Positions 14,482 through 29,759 of a stretch of 64,000 nucleotides of DNA are shown in pieces. The translations under genes were made by a program, and so were the position numbers. The DNA is taken from assembly GCA_012295275.1 (NCBI GenBank), contig CM022665.1, positions 41,044,001 through 41,108,000 on the forward strand. Reading direction: 5' to 3'. The notes under the pieces were generated by a model. The model searched no databases and was not told where the DNA came from. It saw nothing but the letters and a program-made list of their open reading frames with translations. The first letter of the stretch is position 1; each line of letters starts with the position of its first letter. This DNA is from Chrysomallon squamiferum (Eukaryota > Animalia > Mollusca).

Positions 14482-17400
14482 ATAGTAGTCATTGTATTTT
14501 TTTTTACTGGATGGATTCTATCTTTTCTATAATTTACCTCCTTTTTATTTTTTTTAAATTTTAAAATGTCTTAATACATTTTTGTTTATTTATTAAAAAA
14601 GGAAGAGATAAGTTTCTCATCTCATTTTTTTTCTTACCTTTTATTTATTTATTAGTTTCTCTGTTTTTACATTTATTTATTTATTATTTTGATGTTCTTT
14701 TATTTATTTTTTTTTTCTTTGTTTTATTTTATCATTATTTCACATTCTTCAAACTAAAAACAAAAAAATTATATATATTTTATTCTTTATATTTATTTGT
14801 AATTACTTCCTTATTTCATTTTTTTCTCCTCTAAACCAAAAAAAAAAACAAATTTAAAAATATGTATTAAAGAAAAAAAAATCTTTTGTAGTGCAGATGA
14901 TTTATCTCTAATGACAGCAATCAAACCTGCTGCAAATTCTCTGTTTTTCAATAAAGCAGTTGATGTGTGATACATTCCACATTTTTTTAAATTTGATTTC
15001 ACTGCATCATTGCTTCAGTTTTTTATTGTTCTTTTTTTTTTTTTTTTAAATTTTAAATTTTTTTTTTTATTTATTCATTTTTTTTTTTTTGTGTGTGTGT
15101 GTGTGTGTGTTTGACAAATGCTGAATCATTGTCAACTGAGCTTTAAAAGAATAAAAACAACAATAATGTCAATATCACTTCTAATACATCATCTATTTTA
15201 AGTAGTAGAACTTCAGTTACTACTACTGTTACAGCTACTAATTATTATTAATACTATTCTTACTACTGCTTCAGTACTGATGCTATTACTTTTACTACAA
15301 CTACTACTACTACTACTATTACTGTTACTATTATTGCAACAGCTACTATCAGTAGTACCACACTTACCACTACTATTACTACTAGGACTATTACTGTTGC
15401 TATTACTGCTACTACTTCAACTACTATCATACTACTTCTATTACTACTACCACTACTACTGCTACATCAAATATTTATGAAGTACAGTCACATATACATA
15501 TACATAAACACTTCATATATACACACATATCTATATATACACTATTTCTGCTGCTACTACTATTCTATTACAACAAATATCCCTAGTAGTATTAATACTG
15601 TCAGTAAACTACTACTACCATCACAACTACTACTACCATGACATCACCACTACCACCACCACAATTGTTTTTACTATATCACTACTAGAATTTCTACTAT
15701 TTTTGTTACTACTACTGCAACCTCTACATATACATACATGACAACATACACACAAATACAGACACACACAGACATACACACATTACATTAATAATTAACT
15801 TAAGGATGTGCTTTTCTAAGGATTGGTTCATTTATTGTCAGAATATTTGCAAAAAAAAAATAAAACAAAATAAATAAAAAATAAAAATAAAACAAAATAA
15901 AATAATATTGTATGACATGAAACTATTATTATTCTTGTTAAATCTGTTATGATTCAGCTGCATGTAAACCTCATAGTTACTTCATTCATGAACCATCCTT
16001 CTACAACTGTAACTTCAAAAAAAAAAAAAATATATATATATATGTATATTAAAGCAACCAATCCATTTTTGAACCTTTTAATCTCGAAATCTTTGACTGA
16101 CTGATTAGCTGGTCTGTTAAATATCACTTTACGAAATCCACTCTCTGTTAATTAGTAATAATTGGAAATAATTATCACTGCTTGTTATTGATTTTTGTTT
16201 GTGATAACCTGACGCTCCACAGACTGGATTAACTATGGATTTCCAATGACGGCTAAGAGCACAAGAAGAAGATTCCAGTGAATATCTACTTACTTGCGTA
16301 TCGTTTCTGAAAATTCTTAAACTGGTTTCACTGGATCTTGGCAGTAATATTTATTTTCCTGTTTGACACCTGTAAGTTTTTGCTGTCATCCTCTCTTTCC
16401 CTCTGTTTCTCATTCTACTTATCTATCTCTCTTTCTTTATATATCTCTCTCTCTCTTTCTTTCTCTTTCTAATTCTGTCTACCTGAATCTTTTTTTCTCT
16501 CTCTATCTCTATCTGCCTATCATTCTTTCTCTGTTAATGATCTTTTCAAGCAAAGTCTGGAAGTTAATCATTTTATCCAGTATATATTCTAAAACAATAA
16601 AATTTAGTATTAGAATACAGTGCAGTATATGCAGTTTGATGAAATAGTCAGAAACCTCTACTGATACTGTTAATGGTAATTTTAAGCAAAGTTTGGAAAT
16701 TCAGTACATAAGAATAAAACACAAATACACATGAAAATAGCTTTCTTTGGAATACAATTCATTCAATTGAAATTGTAATTTAAACAAAGTTTGAAAATTA
16801 ATCTCTTTTAATCAGTATACAGGACAGTGCAGTATATTACAATAAGTTGAAGTATACAGAAACTGTACTGACTGAATTAATGGCTGTTTAAAACAAAGTA
16901 GGAAAATTAATCACCTTATCCAGAATGCAATTCAATAAAATACAACATAATATAATACAATATAATAAAATCCAATACATTATAATACAATATAATTAAA
17001 TTCAATACATTATAATGCAATGCAATAAAATCCAATACATTATAATACAGTGCAATAAAATCCAAATATATTATAATACACTGCAATAAAATCCAATACA
17101 TTATAATACATTATAGTTAAATTCAGTACATTAGAATACAATAAAATTCAATTGTGCAGTGCTGTACAATGTATACAATATTGGTCCTCCTCACGGTCAT
17201 TTAAAGGACAGTTTGAAAATTAATCTCTTTATTCTTGATCAACCATCTCTTAATATGATATATTTAATCTTGTACGTCTTCAGAATACGATGGCCAGCCT
17301 GATTTCCTGTGTGTGATGGAGGGAGACCAGAGTGATATCCTAATAATGACAAGATAATTATGAAATCTGTCAGCTGCTAAATAAACCCGATTTCGCTGAT

Positions 17401-19005
17401 TTTCTTTTGATCATATTTTAATTGCATATCGTCCCTGTTAGTTGCGGTGGAGTGAATGTTAAAGGTGAACCAGCAAATGTGCCCAGAACTGTCGAAATGG
17501 AAATTTTAAATCTTCTCACTTGACAGTTGTGGTGTTTCATAAGATACCAAAACTGCAGTCTGCATAAAAATAAAAAATAAAATAAAAAAAAGGTAGAAGA
17601 GGAAAAACAAAAGGTTGGAGATTGTCTTTGTATGTCGAGTCGAAAATAGTGTGACGATTTTTGTGTTTGAATTTTTTATGTTTTTAAGGGGATTGTTAAA
17701 AATTACTTATTTTGGAAGATTACTTTTAGTTTCTGAAATGTTCAATATGGTGGACAGTTTTGGTTAATTAAAAATTACTTATTTTGGGGTGATTAGATTT
17801 ATTTTTGAAACATCCAATATGGTGGATAAAAATTACTTATTTTGGAAGATAACTTTTATTTTTCGAAATATCCAGTAAAGATATATTAATAACACATGCA
17901 ATAAATTGTCCATTGAAAAAGTTATATATTGTAGTAGAATGCTTAAAAATGTATATGGATAAAAATAAAATCTAGATTGATGGAACATCTTAGATTATCA
18001 AAAAAAAAACCCACAATACTGGTTTTTGGAGATTTGTTGATGAGAAACAAGTTGATGGATCATCATGATGATTAAAAAATTATCTTATTTCCTGGAACAC
18101 ACATTACTAGATCATTAAACATAAAGATTCAGTGACAGCAGTTGTTTTAAGCTTAATAACAAAACATTTTGATATCTAGAAAGAAAGAAGAAAAGAGGAG
18201 AGAAATAATTGAAAAAGGAAAGGAAAAAAAAAAAAAAGAAGGAAATCAACAAAGAAATAACTAAGAAAGAAAGAAGAAAAACAAACAATGTTAAAAAAAA
18301 TAATGAGAAAAGAAAAAAAAATGAGAAAAAAAAAAGAAAATGAAAATAATACAAAAGAAATAAGATAGAAAAAAGGGAAAAGAAGATACAGAAGAAAATG
18401 AAATAAAGTTACAAAGCAAAAATAACAACAAAAAACAATATTTAATAAAAGAAAGAAACAAAGGGAAAGATAAAACATTTCTCATTTAAATTAATTAATG
18501 AGCAAAAGTAAGAAAAAATAAAATTTGAAAGAAAGACAGGAAACAAAGAAAAAAAAAGGGTAAAAGCTACCAAATATATTTTTCCATAGAGTTTTAACTT
18601 CATTTTTTTTTTTTTTAATTTTTTAAAATAATCCTCATCAATTATTTATTTGGTTTTTAGGTACATCACCATTTTGAGACTGGGGAAATAGTTTTAAATA
18701 TCACTTTATCAAAAATTAATACTGTTGGAGTGATAAGAAAAATTGTCATCCATCTTGTATTCGTGTTATAACTGATATTGAAGATAAGAATGTCTTTTCA
18801 GTAATCAGAGATCTCTCTTTACAGCAAACATAAAAATGAATTCATCAACATTTTTTCTGCAGCATAAAGTCAGAGTGTAGAATGTCAGTGAAAATTTTAC
18901 ATAGTTTTCATGTTTAGTTTGTTTAATTTAAAAAAAAAATCATCATGGCTTCATTTATAACCTTTTTGTTTCATGTTACTGTTATTAATTCTGAAAATAT
19001 ATGTA

Positions 19006-19045
<40 letters not shown>

Positions 19046-19452
19046 TTTGACACCTAATTAATTCAGGCAAGTTACTGCCTAACAAAATTAAAAAATACAG
19101 TTTAAAAATGTGGATAAATCTATCACTAAATGTTAAATGAATGTTACTTTTATTATTATTATTTCTTATTTATTTATTTTAAATTTTTTTTAGCAGTTCT
19201 GTCTTAATTAATAATACTGTACAATATGTTGTCACCACCATTTTTCTGAGGCATTTATATGATCTCGTACAGGGTGAACCAATTTGTTTTGTGGTTTTAT
19301 CCTGTCCAGTTTTAACTAATAACAAAGTAAACAACAAATAAGTACAGTTATAAAAAACAACAACTGGGCACTGCCATTTTTCTGTAGTTGTTATGTCATC
19401 ACATACAACATAATGACACTTCATTGCTCTGTAATTTCTTCTAGAACAGTCA

Positions 19453-19488
<36 letters not shown>

Positions 19489-22019
19489 GATTTATGAAAA
19501 CTATGCTTTAAAAAAAAAAAAAATCAAATTTCCTATTTGTGACCATGTCTGACAAAGCTGATCATATAACATTCATCAACAGCTGTGTGAGTGTGACAGG
19601 GTAACAAAGTCGAATTAGAAAACAGCTCTTCTGTACTTGTGTCACAGGAAGTTTACCAAAAGAAAATCAGACTAATTTGACTGGAATAAAAATACCTGTT
19701 ATCTCCTCTTTGCGCAATGTGGGCAGTGAACTCAAGTTTGCAGACGGAAATTATGGAGATTCCTAAACTGAGGCAAGACGACGTCTGTTACATGGTATCG
19801 TGATTGCTGCGTAATTTGTCGAACATGAAGATAGTATGTCATTGGAAAATTTGGAAAAGAGTAATAACATTAAAAAAAAAAAAAAAAAGATTACATGATT
19901 GAGATTGAAGAAATAAAAAGATTAAGAAATGATATAATTAGGAAATTGAAATTTTTGGTTTATAAACATACACACACATAATATCTGTGTGTGTGTGTGT
20001 GTTTATAGATATATATGTGTGTGTGTTTTTAGATATATATATGTGTGTGTGTATATATATATATATGTACATTGTGTACAAGTGTGTGTGTATGTGTGTG
20101 TTTATATATTTATAGATATGTATACACACATACACATACATATATAATGAAACTATAGTAGGAAAATTCAGTAAATTATTAAATGGAGATTAAAATATAT
20201 AAGTATTAGCATATTTCTCAAATGGCTTGAAATCTAGCATGAACAGAAATATGAGCTTTAGCCTTTTGTTGATATAAATATTAAAACAGGTTAATTAAAC
20301 TGAACAAAAATATCTGTAATGAATTTTGATCTTGAATAATAATTAAAACAGAATTTTATTATTTTGTACTTTTTTCTTTTCATTTACAGTATTACATTTC
20401 TGTTACTGCTGAACTGATTATTAGTTAATACTTGTTTGCAATCCCTCCTTTAGAAAAAGAAATAGGAGAAAAAATGAACAGCAATATTAATATATTTTAA
20501 TTACTTGGGGAAATAATATTTCACAGAACTGTAAATTCAAGATGGTTGCATTATTGAAAAAAATCACGGAAAAACAACCAGAAATTTAATACTTATACAA
20601 GCTTTACAAAAATTCAGTCAAATAAGTCTATAACTGAATTTTCAAATAAAAATAAGCAGAAATAATGTTTAAAACTAAAATTAATATAATAATGAAACTA
20701 TGATGTAATGTATTCTGAAATTGTCAAAGAATATTAAGAAAAAAATAAATACATAAATAAAAGAATTAAAAAGTCAAAGCTTTGATGTAATTTGAGAAAT
20801 TAATACATTTTTATTTTACAATTTCAGCTTTTGAAAATTAATTATTTCTGTCAGAAAATTAATCACTTCTGTAATTTTATAGTATGTCTGAATTTTAGAG
20901 CAAAATCTTATTTGAACTTTAATTATTTTTCTTTTCTTTCTTTCATTTTAAAACATATTTATTTTTATTTCTATCTATTTTTAAAACTTCATTTATTTAC
21001 ATTTTTCTCATAAAGAAACAAAATAAATAAAGTTTTAACATTTACAGCAGAAACATATTACAAGCATTTTCATTGGTGAATAATCTTTTCATGTTTTAGT
21101 CTAATTCTTCAAAGGTTTATTTATTAACACATGACACTAAAGAACTGACTCCTTTTATTATTATATTTTTAATCCACAGATATTCTTCCATTTTTTTTGC
21201 TGTTCACCTAATTATATAATTTTGCTTATCACTGAAAAATCTATTGTCACTTTTATTCATCAAAAGATATATTTTCATCTTTCATCTCCAAAAGATATGT
21301 TTTCACTATTCAGACAAAAATATATTTTTGGTATTCATCCAAAGTTACATTTTCATTTTTATGTGTTACAAGTACAGCCATGAAATGACCTTCAGCATAC
21401 ACAGAATTATATACAAACACATTCATTCACACACATACACAAATACACAAACATACGCACACATTTGCATACATTACATACATACATACATACATACACA
21501 CATGCACACATATTTAAAAAAAAAAATACAACCACATTTTAAAAAAAACAAAACAATGTCATTCTGACATCCATTTTCTTTTTTTAACATCAACTGATCT
21601 TGAACCTTGATATGTATCATTTGTCAAAGACTTTTATCAGATTGTGTTTCATTTTCATCCATAAAAAAAAAAAAAAGAGAGAAAAAAAAAGAGAAGAGAT
21701 TAAATAATTTTTTTTTTAAATGTTTCTTTTCTATTTTACAACTAATGAAAGTATTTTGTGTTTGTTGCTTATGACCACATCATTGCACGCTGAGTGGATC
21801 AGTGTTGTTGTGGGTTGTCTGCATGTCTCTGGGGGCATGTTCAAGCTTTGAGAGAGATTCTTCAATCTTTTATTTTTTTTTTTTTTTTTGTTGTTGATTA
21901 ATGCACAGGTCATGTAGCACCAGACCTCTTGGTTGTTGTTGTTGTTGTTTTTTTATTTTTATTTTTATTTTTATTTTTATTTTTATTTTTATTTTTATTT
22001 TTATTTTTATTTTTATTTT

Positions 22020-22078
<59 letters not shown>

Positions 22079-22544
22079 AGGATTAATTTTTTTTTTTGGG
22101 GAGAGAAATGTGTTTGAGACATTTCACTTCAGTTGAGAAAAAAGAGATTTTAATTCAGTGAGCCAGTGGTGTTTTGTTTTTATACAGGCTTTTTTTTTTA
22201 TTTATTATTGTTTTATTTTTTTTTTCAACCAAATTCACTGGTAGAAAGATATTTTAATTCAGTGACTTTTTGTTTGTATAGATTTCTTTTCACCATTATG
22301 GTTATTCGGTATTAGAAACTTCGAGAAGCATTTTCTTATGATGAGTTTGTTGATTGTCACTTTTATCTCATATTCCAGCCTATATTGTTTTACAATGCTC
22401 AACAGTCCTGCAGTATTAAGTGAATGTGTTCATTTTTATTTATATATATATATATATGTATAGATGATGGATGGATGAATGAATGGATGGATGCAATGTA
22501 TGTAATGTATGCATTTATGTAGTATGTTTGTTTATATGAATGTG

Positions 22545-22576
<32 letters not shown>

Positions 22577-22638
22577 TGTATGTATGTATGCATTATGTAT
22601 ACTTACATTTGCATATATATTTGTGTTATAAATGTATG

Positions 22639-22715
<77 letters not shown>

Positions 22716-22745
22716 TAATCAACGATGAAAGATAAAACCATAACA

Positions 22746-22786
<41 letters not shown>

Positions 22787-23259
22787 ACATAACGTTTAAA
22801 TGTCAAATTCATACCTTAGAACACAGACAAATATCATTCCACTGATTTACAACACATCTTGTGCATTTCCTCATTTCTTTTCTATTAACTAATCTTCCAT
22901 TATGCTGCGTTCTCCAACACATCAGACATTAATCTTGGCTGGCATTTTAAGTTCTTTTCGCTACTGTGTTAATGACTGGGTGTCTGTGGGGTGTCATACT
23001 GTCTCTGAGCGTTTGACACCACTTTCCTAAAACTACAACTGAAAACAAAGAGAAACAGGATATTTTTGGAAATTAAGAATCAGAGCAGACGCAGACATTT
23101 CACACAGCAGAGAAACAGCCCAGGAACGTAATCCAATCTTCACGAAATTTGATTGGTTGTTTTTAAAATCTGTAGTTTGTCGGGTTTGAAAACTTCCTTG
23201 TTTGATTGTCGGAATTTGATATTATTCTGTGAGCAATTAGATCTGTATATGTATATTTT

Positions 23260-23312
<53 letters not shown>

Positions 23313-23535
23313 ATCTGGTGTATTTAGTAATTATCTTTGCTTTCCATTTTTTTTTTTTTTTTTTAATTCTTTTTGTTTGGTTTTGTTTTTGTCTAATGTT
23401 TTGGGGGGTTTTGGGGGTTTTTTTTTTTGCCATCATTATCTTTTATCTGCTTATTTGTTATCATGAAGATGATAATGGTTATGATAATGATGATTACAAT
23501 CACCATTATCATCATCATTATTTTAATTATTATTG

Positions 23536-23570
<35 letters not shown>

Positions 23571-25197
23571 TTTATTTTTATCATTATTAATATTATTATT
23601 CATTATCCATCATACCATTAATCTTGATTTATTTAATAATATTATTACAAACTCTTCATTTTTGTTTCTTCTCATTATTTCGTGCTGAAATGTTTTTTTT
23701 TTTTTTTTTGTTTTAGGATCGCAGAAAACTTTAAAGTGAGGTTTGTTCTCAAGACAGACGATGATTGCTTGGTTGATATGGAGAACATTCTCACAGATTT
23801 GAAGAAGATAGAAAACAAACCTAAAGTTTGGTGGGGAAGGTAAGATACTGTTATCTAAAACCTATAAACAATACTTGAGATACAGTGTGTCAGTTCAAAT
23901 TAATAGGTGTTTATGAGTCTTTAGTTATTTTTTTTTATTTATGAGGGCAAGGTCAGTACATGTTATATAACAACTGCGAAAAATACTTATATCACATACA
24001 AGATGTGAATTATTAAGTGTTAATGAGTCCATAGATATTTTTTGTTTATGAAGGGAAAATATGTTAGTGTTTGATAACAGCTTTAATTCTCTACTATCAT
24101 AAATAATAGTCAGATCATAAACAACATGTCTGGGTGCCTTTATAATGTATTTTAGTGTTTAAGAAAGGAATCAAAAGTTATTTTTGATAATGACTTCATT
24201 CATACACATGCACACACACACACACACACATACACCCACTTACACATAAACACATACATTCATATATATATATACACACATTTACCAGTCTATTAAAGTA
24301 TTTGGTATGTGTTAAGGCAAGGAACATTAAAAAGATGTCTTGTCAGAAATGCCACACAAAATAACGATATTTTTTGAGGAGCCCTGGATGGAATTGGAAA
24401 TGATGAGAAAATGAAAATGTCTCACATCTATTTGTTCAATATTTCATCAGGTCCAGGATGAGCTCTCTAACCACTGTTCCCTGTCTGTAGGAGGTTTATA
24501 TTACAGCTCTGTATATAGGATAAACAGATACAATGAAATTTTTATGACAGATAAATTCAGAGGCTCATGGCTTTAATTTGAGTATTGAAGGGTTGTTCAC
24601 AAAGCACTGCAGAGTTAATTAACCCTCCGTGAACTCTCCTGTTTATTCACTGTGTAAAACCAATTTATATGTATTCCAATTTACTTGGTAATCACCAGAT
24701 AACCAAAAGTATTTTTCTTTATACAATTTGGAACATTAGCTTAAAAGTAGGTTGTGGATTTATGGATAAATGGTGTTCTTTATTATAACAGAGAAATAAT
24801 TGTGTTGTAAATGTATTTAATTTGGTATAATTGAAAAATAAGTACTTTATCTCAGAATGATTAAACACAAGTAGTTGTTTAGAGGATATGATGGGTTTGT
24901 GTAATTAAAGGGACTGAACCACTCAGGTTTTCGTAAATTAAAGGGAACCTGTCACACTTGTTCAAAATGTTAAAGGGAATCACTCAGTGGTGTAGTAATA
25001 AAAATAAAAACAGACCAATGAATTTTTAATGATGTGGTTAAGGTGTCTGTATCAAGATTAGAAAATAATTGGAACAGTCTTGGCACCAGCTGCTAACCAG
25101 AATTAGTAATTAAACCAACACATTGTTCTAACTAAATAATCTTCTAACATATTAACACTAACATTGTCTTGGACAAGTCAGCTGTGCTTTTTACTTG

Positions 25198-25239
<42 letters not shown>

Positions 25240-26253
25240 TTTTTTTTATTTATCTACTTTTTTTTTTTTTTTTTTATTATTTATTTTTTTAAATTATTTA
25301 TATATTTAATTTTATTTATTTATGAATTTTATTTATTTGTTTGTTTGTTTGTTTATTTTATCTTATTTATTTATTTGTTTATTTTATCTTATTTATTTAC
25401 TTTATTTACTTTTTATTTATTTATTATTACCTTTTTGGGGGGGTTATTTATATATTTGTTAAGGTTTAGTTATTATTATTATTATTATTTTATTATTATC
25501 ATTTGTTTATTTCACTTTTTTACAATTTCTCAAAAGAATCACACTTCATATAATCATATATAAAACACAGTAACTACAATATATATATATATTTTGTTTC
25601 ATGATTTTAAATTTCACAGATGATTGGCTGGAGAAAAAAATAATGCATGGCAATATATGATATATGAATATTTTCAATTTCCAAAAAAAAAATTACTAGG
25701 AAAAACCTTTCTATATTACGTTTTTATACATATCTATTTTATTTTATATTTTTCAATATCCTATATAAATAACTACCGGACAAAAATATATCATACTGTT
25801 AGGTTCCTGTTAAATTTATATTTTTTTCAGTTTCATAGAAAAACACGTAAAAAAAAATGAAAAAAAAAAATTTAAAAAAAAAATTTTGTATATTCCTTTA
25901 TTCTTCTATTTTATTTAAAAAAAATTTTTAGTTTCCGAAATGAATGGCTGGTTGAGAGACATGGGAAGTGGAAAGAGAGATCATTTTCATCCTCTGTCTA
26001 TCCAAAATTTGCCTGTGGCTCTGGAAGTGTTGTTTCCGAAGACATCCACCACTGGATTGTCACCAACTCCGATCATCTTCATGTCTTCCAGGTATCTGCA
26101 TCTATTTTTCTGGCATTTTGGGAGGTTTTTTGTTGTTGTTTTTTTGTTGTTGATTTTTTTTTTTTCTTTATAAATTTTCTATCTGGCTTCAGTATTATTA
26201 GAGTTTTATTATTCTTTTTTTTTTTTTTTTTTTTTTTTCTTTTTTTCTTCTTG

Positions 26254-26284
<31 letters not shown>

Positions 26285-26755
26285 TTTTTCTGTTCATTCT
26301 TTCTTTCTTTTTTTACTTTCTGTTAGTTTTTGACTTTTTTTTTTTTTTACACTTTTTTTTTTTTTTTTTTGTTTTTTTTTTTTTTTTCATTTTCTGTTTA
26401 AGTTTTTTTCTTTTCTATTTCTCTCTCTCTCTCTCTTTTAAATTTCATTTTCTGTGTCTATATTTTAAAAATTTATTTTCAAATTTTTCTTATTCTCCAT
26501 TTCTTTTTTTTTTTCCATTTTTATTCTTGTTCTTGTTTTCTTTTCTTTTTCTCTCAGTTTCGATGTTCATTTTAAATCTATTCTTATTATTTTCTTTTGT
26601 TCTTGTTTCCTTTTTCTGTTTTACCATCAGTTCTTAGTTTCAATTTTACAGTTCTTTCCATTCTAGCTCTTGATCTCCAGTAATATTTTCTCTTTGTTCT
26701 AATTTTTTTCTTTTATTTCTGTTTTACACAATATTATTTTCTGTAAACCTGTGCT

Positions 26756-26795
<40 letters not shown>

Positions 26796-27389
26796 CATCT
26801 GTGATAGAGAAAAAAGAAGACATTTTGATGTAAATCTATCCCTGTTTAACTAGACTAGACACACATTTAACTCCCTCACTTTACAACATACTGTTATCAT
26901 CTTGAATTACTCAGTCTTCTTCTTTTTCTTCTTTAAGAAAACAACAACTTTACTGAAAAATCTTACCAGAAAACAAAGTGATAAAAAAAAAAATATGTAT
27001 ATAAAAAAAAAAAATGAAATTTTTGATTAGGACTTTCACATTTTTCAATTTTTAATTTGTTTTTAATTCTTTCATTAATTAATTTTTGCTTACATTTAAT
27101 TTATCATATTAAAAAAAAAGAAATAAATGTCATAATGGACAAGTGAAATAATAATAAATATAGAAATGTAAAATCAATGTTTGTGTGTGTGTGTGTGTGT
27201 GTAGACATACATACATATATATATATGATAAATTAAATTTTAAAAATACTCTTTAATGTATGCAAGAATTAGATAATGAAAGAATTTATTATATATATGT
27301 ATGTATAATTTATATACAATACAAATCCAAACAATTTCTCTATATCTATCAAACTTACATGTGAGTGTATTAAAATATATATATGCACC

Positions 27390-27454
<65 letters not shown>

Positions 27455-27631
27455 TCATTTACTTTCAGTTAACCACTCTCAGTATTATACAGCCATCTGT
27501 CACAATACATACACATGCATGCAATAACTTCCATAATCACATATGTGTATGAATGGAAGTCAGTAGGTAAAAGCTGGGATTATTTCTTAATATCTGAAAA
27601 AGTACACTTTACTATGACACAAACACAAACA

Positions 27632-27687
<56 letters not shown>

Positions 27688-28624
27688 TATATACCCAAGA
27701 AATAACATGTAGACATGAATACAGTGTGTATGTTTTGTCATTTATTACTATTGCTGTTGTCATTATTATTATTATTGTTATTGTTTTATCTATTTATTTT
27801 TAATAGTCAGTATTAGAAGTAAATTACTTTAACATCAGTTTTTGAGGCAAGGCACTTTATTGAGTGTCTTACAGTAGAGGAAAGACAACTCTCGTGTTAG
27901 ATGTTTTACTGAATTTATCTCCCTTGAATTGGATATTGGCATTAAAAAAGCTAACATCCAACAGAAGACTGAAGATATTTGTCAGTAAAAAGCTGTTATT
28001 AATGTAGGTCTGTTTAAATGGTTAGAAGGAAATACCTTTGGAAATAATAATTACTTTTAAATGCTAACCAGCAATTCAAATAAAATAATTTTTCAAAAGA
28101 ATACTGTTCATAATAAAAAAAAAATAAAAAATGAATACACATACACACACACGGTTTTTTTTTTTTTGCAGTTGAAGTATAACAGCAATAAAAAGAACAA
28201 TAATGACTGAAATATTTCATAACAAATTAATAATAAATTAATAATAACAATAATAACTCTGTATTAATTCTTACAGCAACATTTTCAAATTAAACAAAAT
28301 TTATATGAAATAAAAGTAAAATTTCTCATAATTTGTGAAGATCTATGAATTAGTTATTCTAGAAGTACAGGTATTACAACAGAGAGAATCCAGATATACA
28401 GCTTGTGTGAGATCAATATAAGAACTGCTGATTCTGCAATAGTCAGCCATTTGACATTCTTTATTTTTGTACTTCATTTTCCATGTAACATATTCTAGTG
28501 GATTTGGCTAAAGTACATATGAAGATTAATTTCTAGCTTGAGAAATTATGTTTTATATAGTTAAAATGTTTTTTATTTTATAAATTTGTGTGGTTTTTCC
28601 TTTTGTTTCTTTTTATATTCATTA

Positions 28625-28680
<56 letters not shown>

Positions 28681-28857
28681 AATTCTTATTTATTTATTTA
28701 TCTGTATATTCATTTAAAAAAAACAACAACAGTATTTTATGACTATTTATTTCAGCACATTTTAAATTAAACAGTTTAAAAAAAATTAAAATGGTCATTG
28801 TAACAATGTATTTGTTGTTTGATTATTATTCAGTTAATTTTATCTTTTATTATTTGA

Positions 28858-28909
<52 letters not shown>

Positions 28910-29227
28910 TTTTATGGTGTATTTTATTTATTATTTTTAATTTTAAAAATTATATTTAGTTTATCTTTCATTTTGTGTAAACTTCTTTAAATTATTTATA
29001 TGTGCATTTAATTTAAAAAAAAAAATGTTTTAATTATTTGTTTTTTTAGGGTTTTTTTTGTTTTGTTTTGTTTTAGTTTGGTTTTTTGTTGTGGCTTTTA
29101 CTAATTTATTTATTACTTTTTAAATAAACTATTAATTTAATATTTATTTATTTATTTTACTAAATTTTATTTTTAATTTTTTTTTAAATTTCATATTTAT
29201 TTATTTTTTATTTATATGATCTAAAAT

Positions 29228-29258
<31 letters not shown>

Positions 29259-29692
29259 TTATATATTCTTTTATTTCATTTTATTATTTTATTTAAGGGA
29301 GAAGATGTAGCAATGGGGATCTGGTTGGCTGCCATCAACCCAGCATATATTCAGGTAAATATTTTCTTTTAATTATGAAAGATTTTTGAAAAAACATTGA
29401 CAGGGTTAAAAAAAAAAAAATAATAATAATACAAAAAATTATAAAAAAATACATGACAGAGTAATTTATTAAAAAGCCTGTTTTTAAAAAAAAAAAAAAA
29501 AAATTAAATAAAATAAATAACTTTTTTAAATATATAAATCATATTTTTACTATTTTATATTGAATATTTTTAAAAAAAAGAAGTTATATTTACATGGCCG
29601 TAACTAGACTGTTTTTGAAATGTGTGAAAAGGATGCTGTAATTATGAAATGTTTTTTTTTTTTTTTTTAAATGTAATTTTTTTTTGTTACTT

Positions 29693-29759
<67 letters not shown>

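Noticed and set aside
16270-16338. Short inverted repeat agattccagtgaa / ttcactggatct as a possible pre-miRNA
   Set aside because: Stem is only about 12 bp with a long unpaired loop; no known mature miRNA recognised.
24905-24990. Three ttaaaggga motifs resembling termini of TTAA-inserting DNA transposons
   Set aside because: No matching inverted terminus or internal transposase remnant found nearby.
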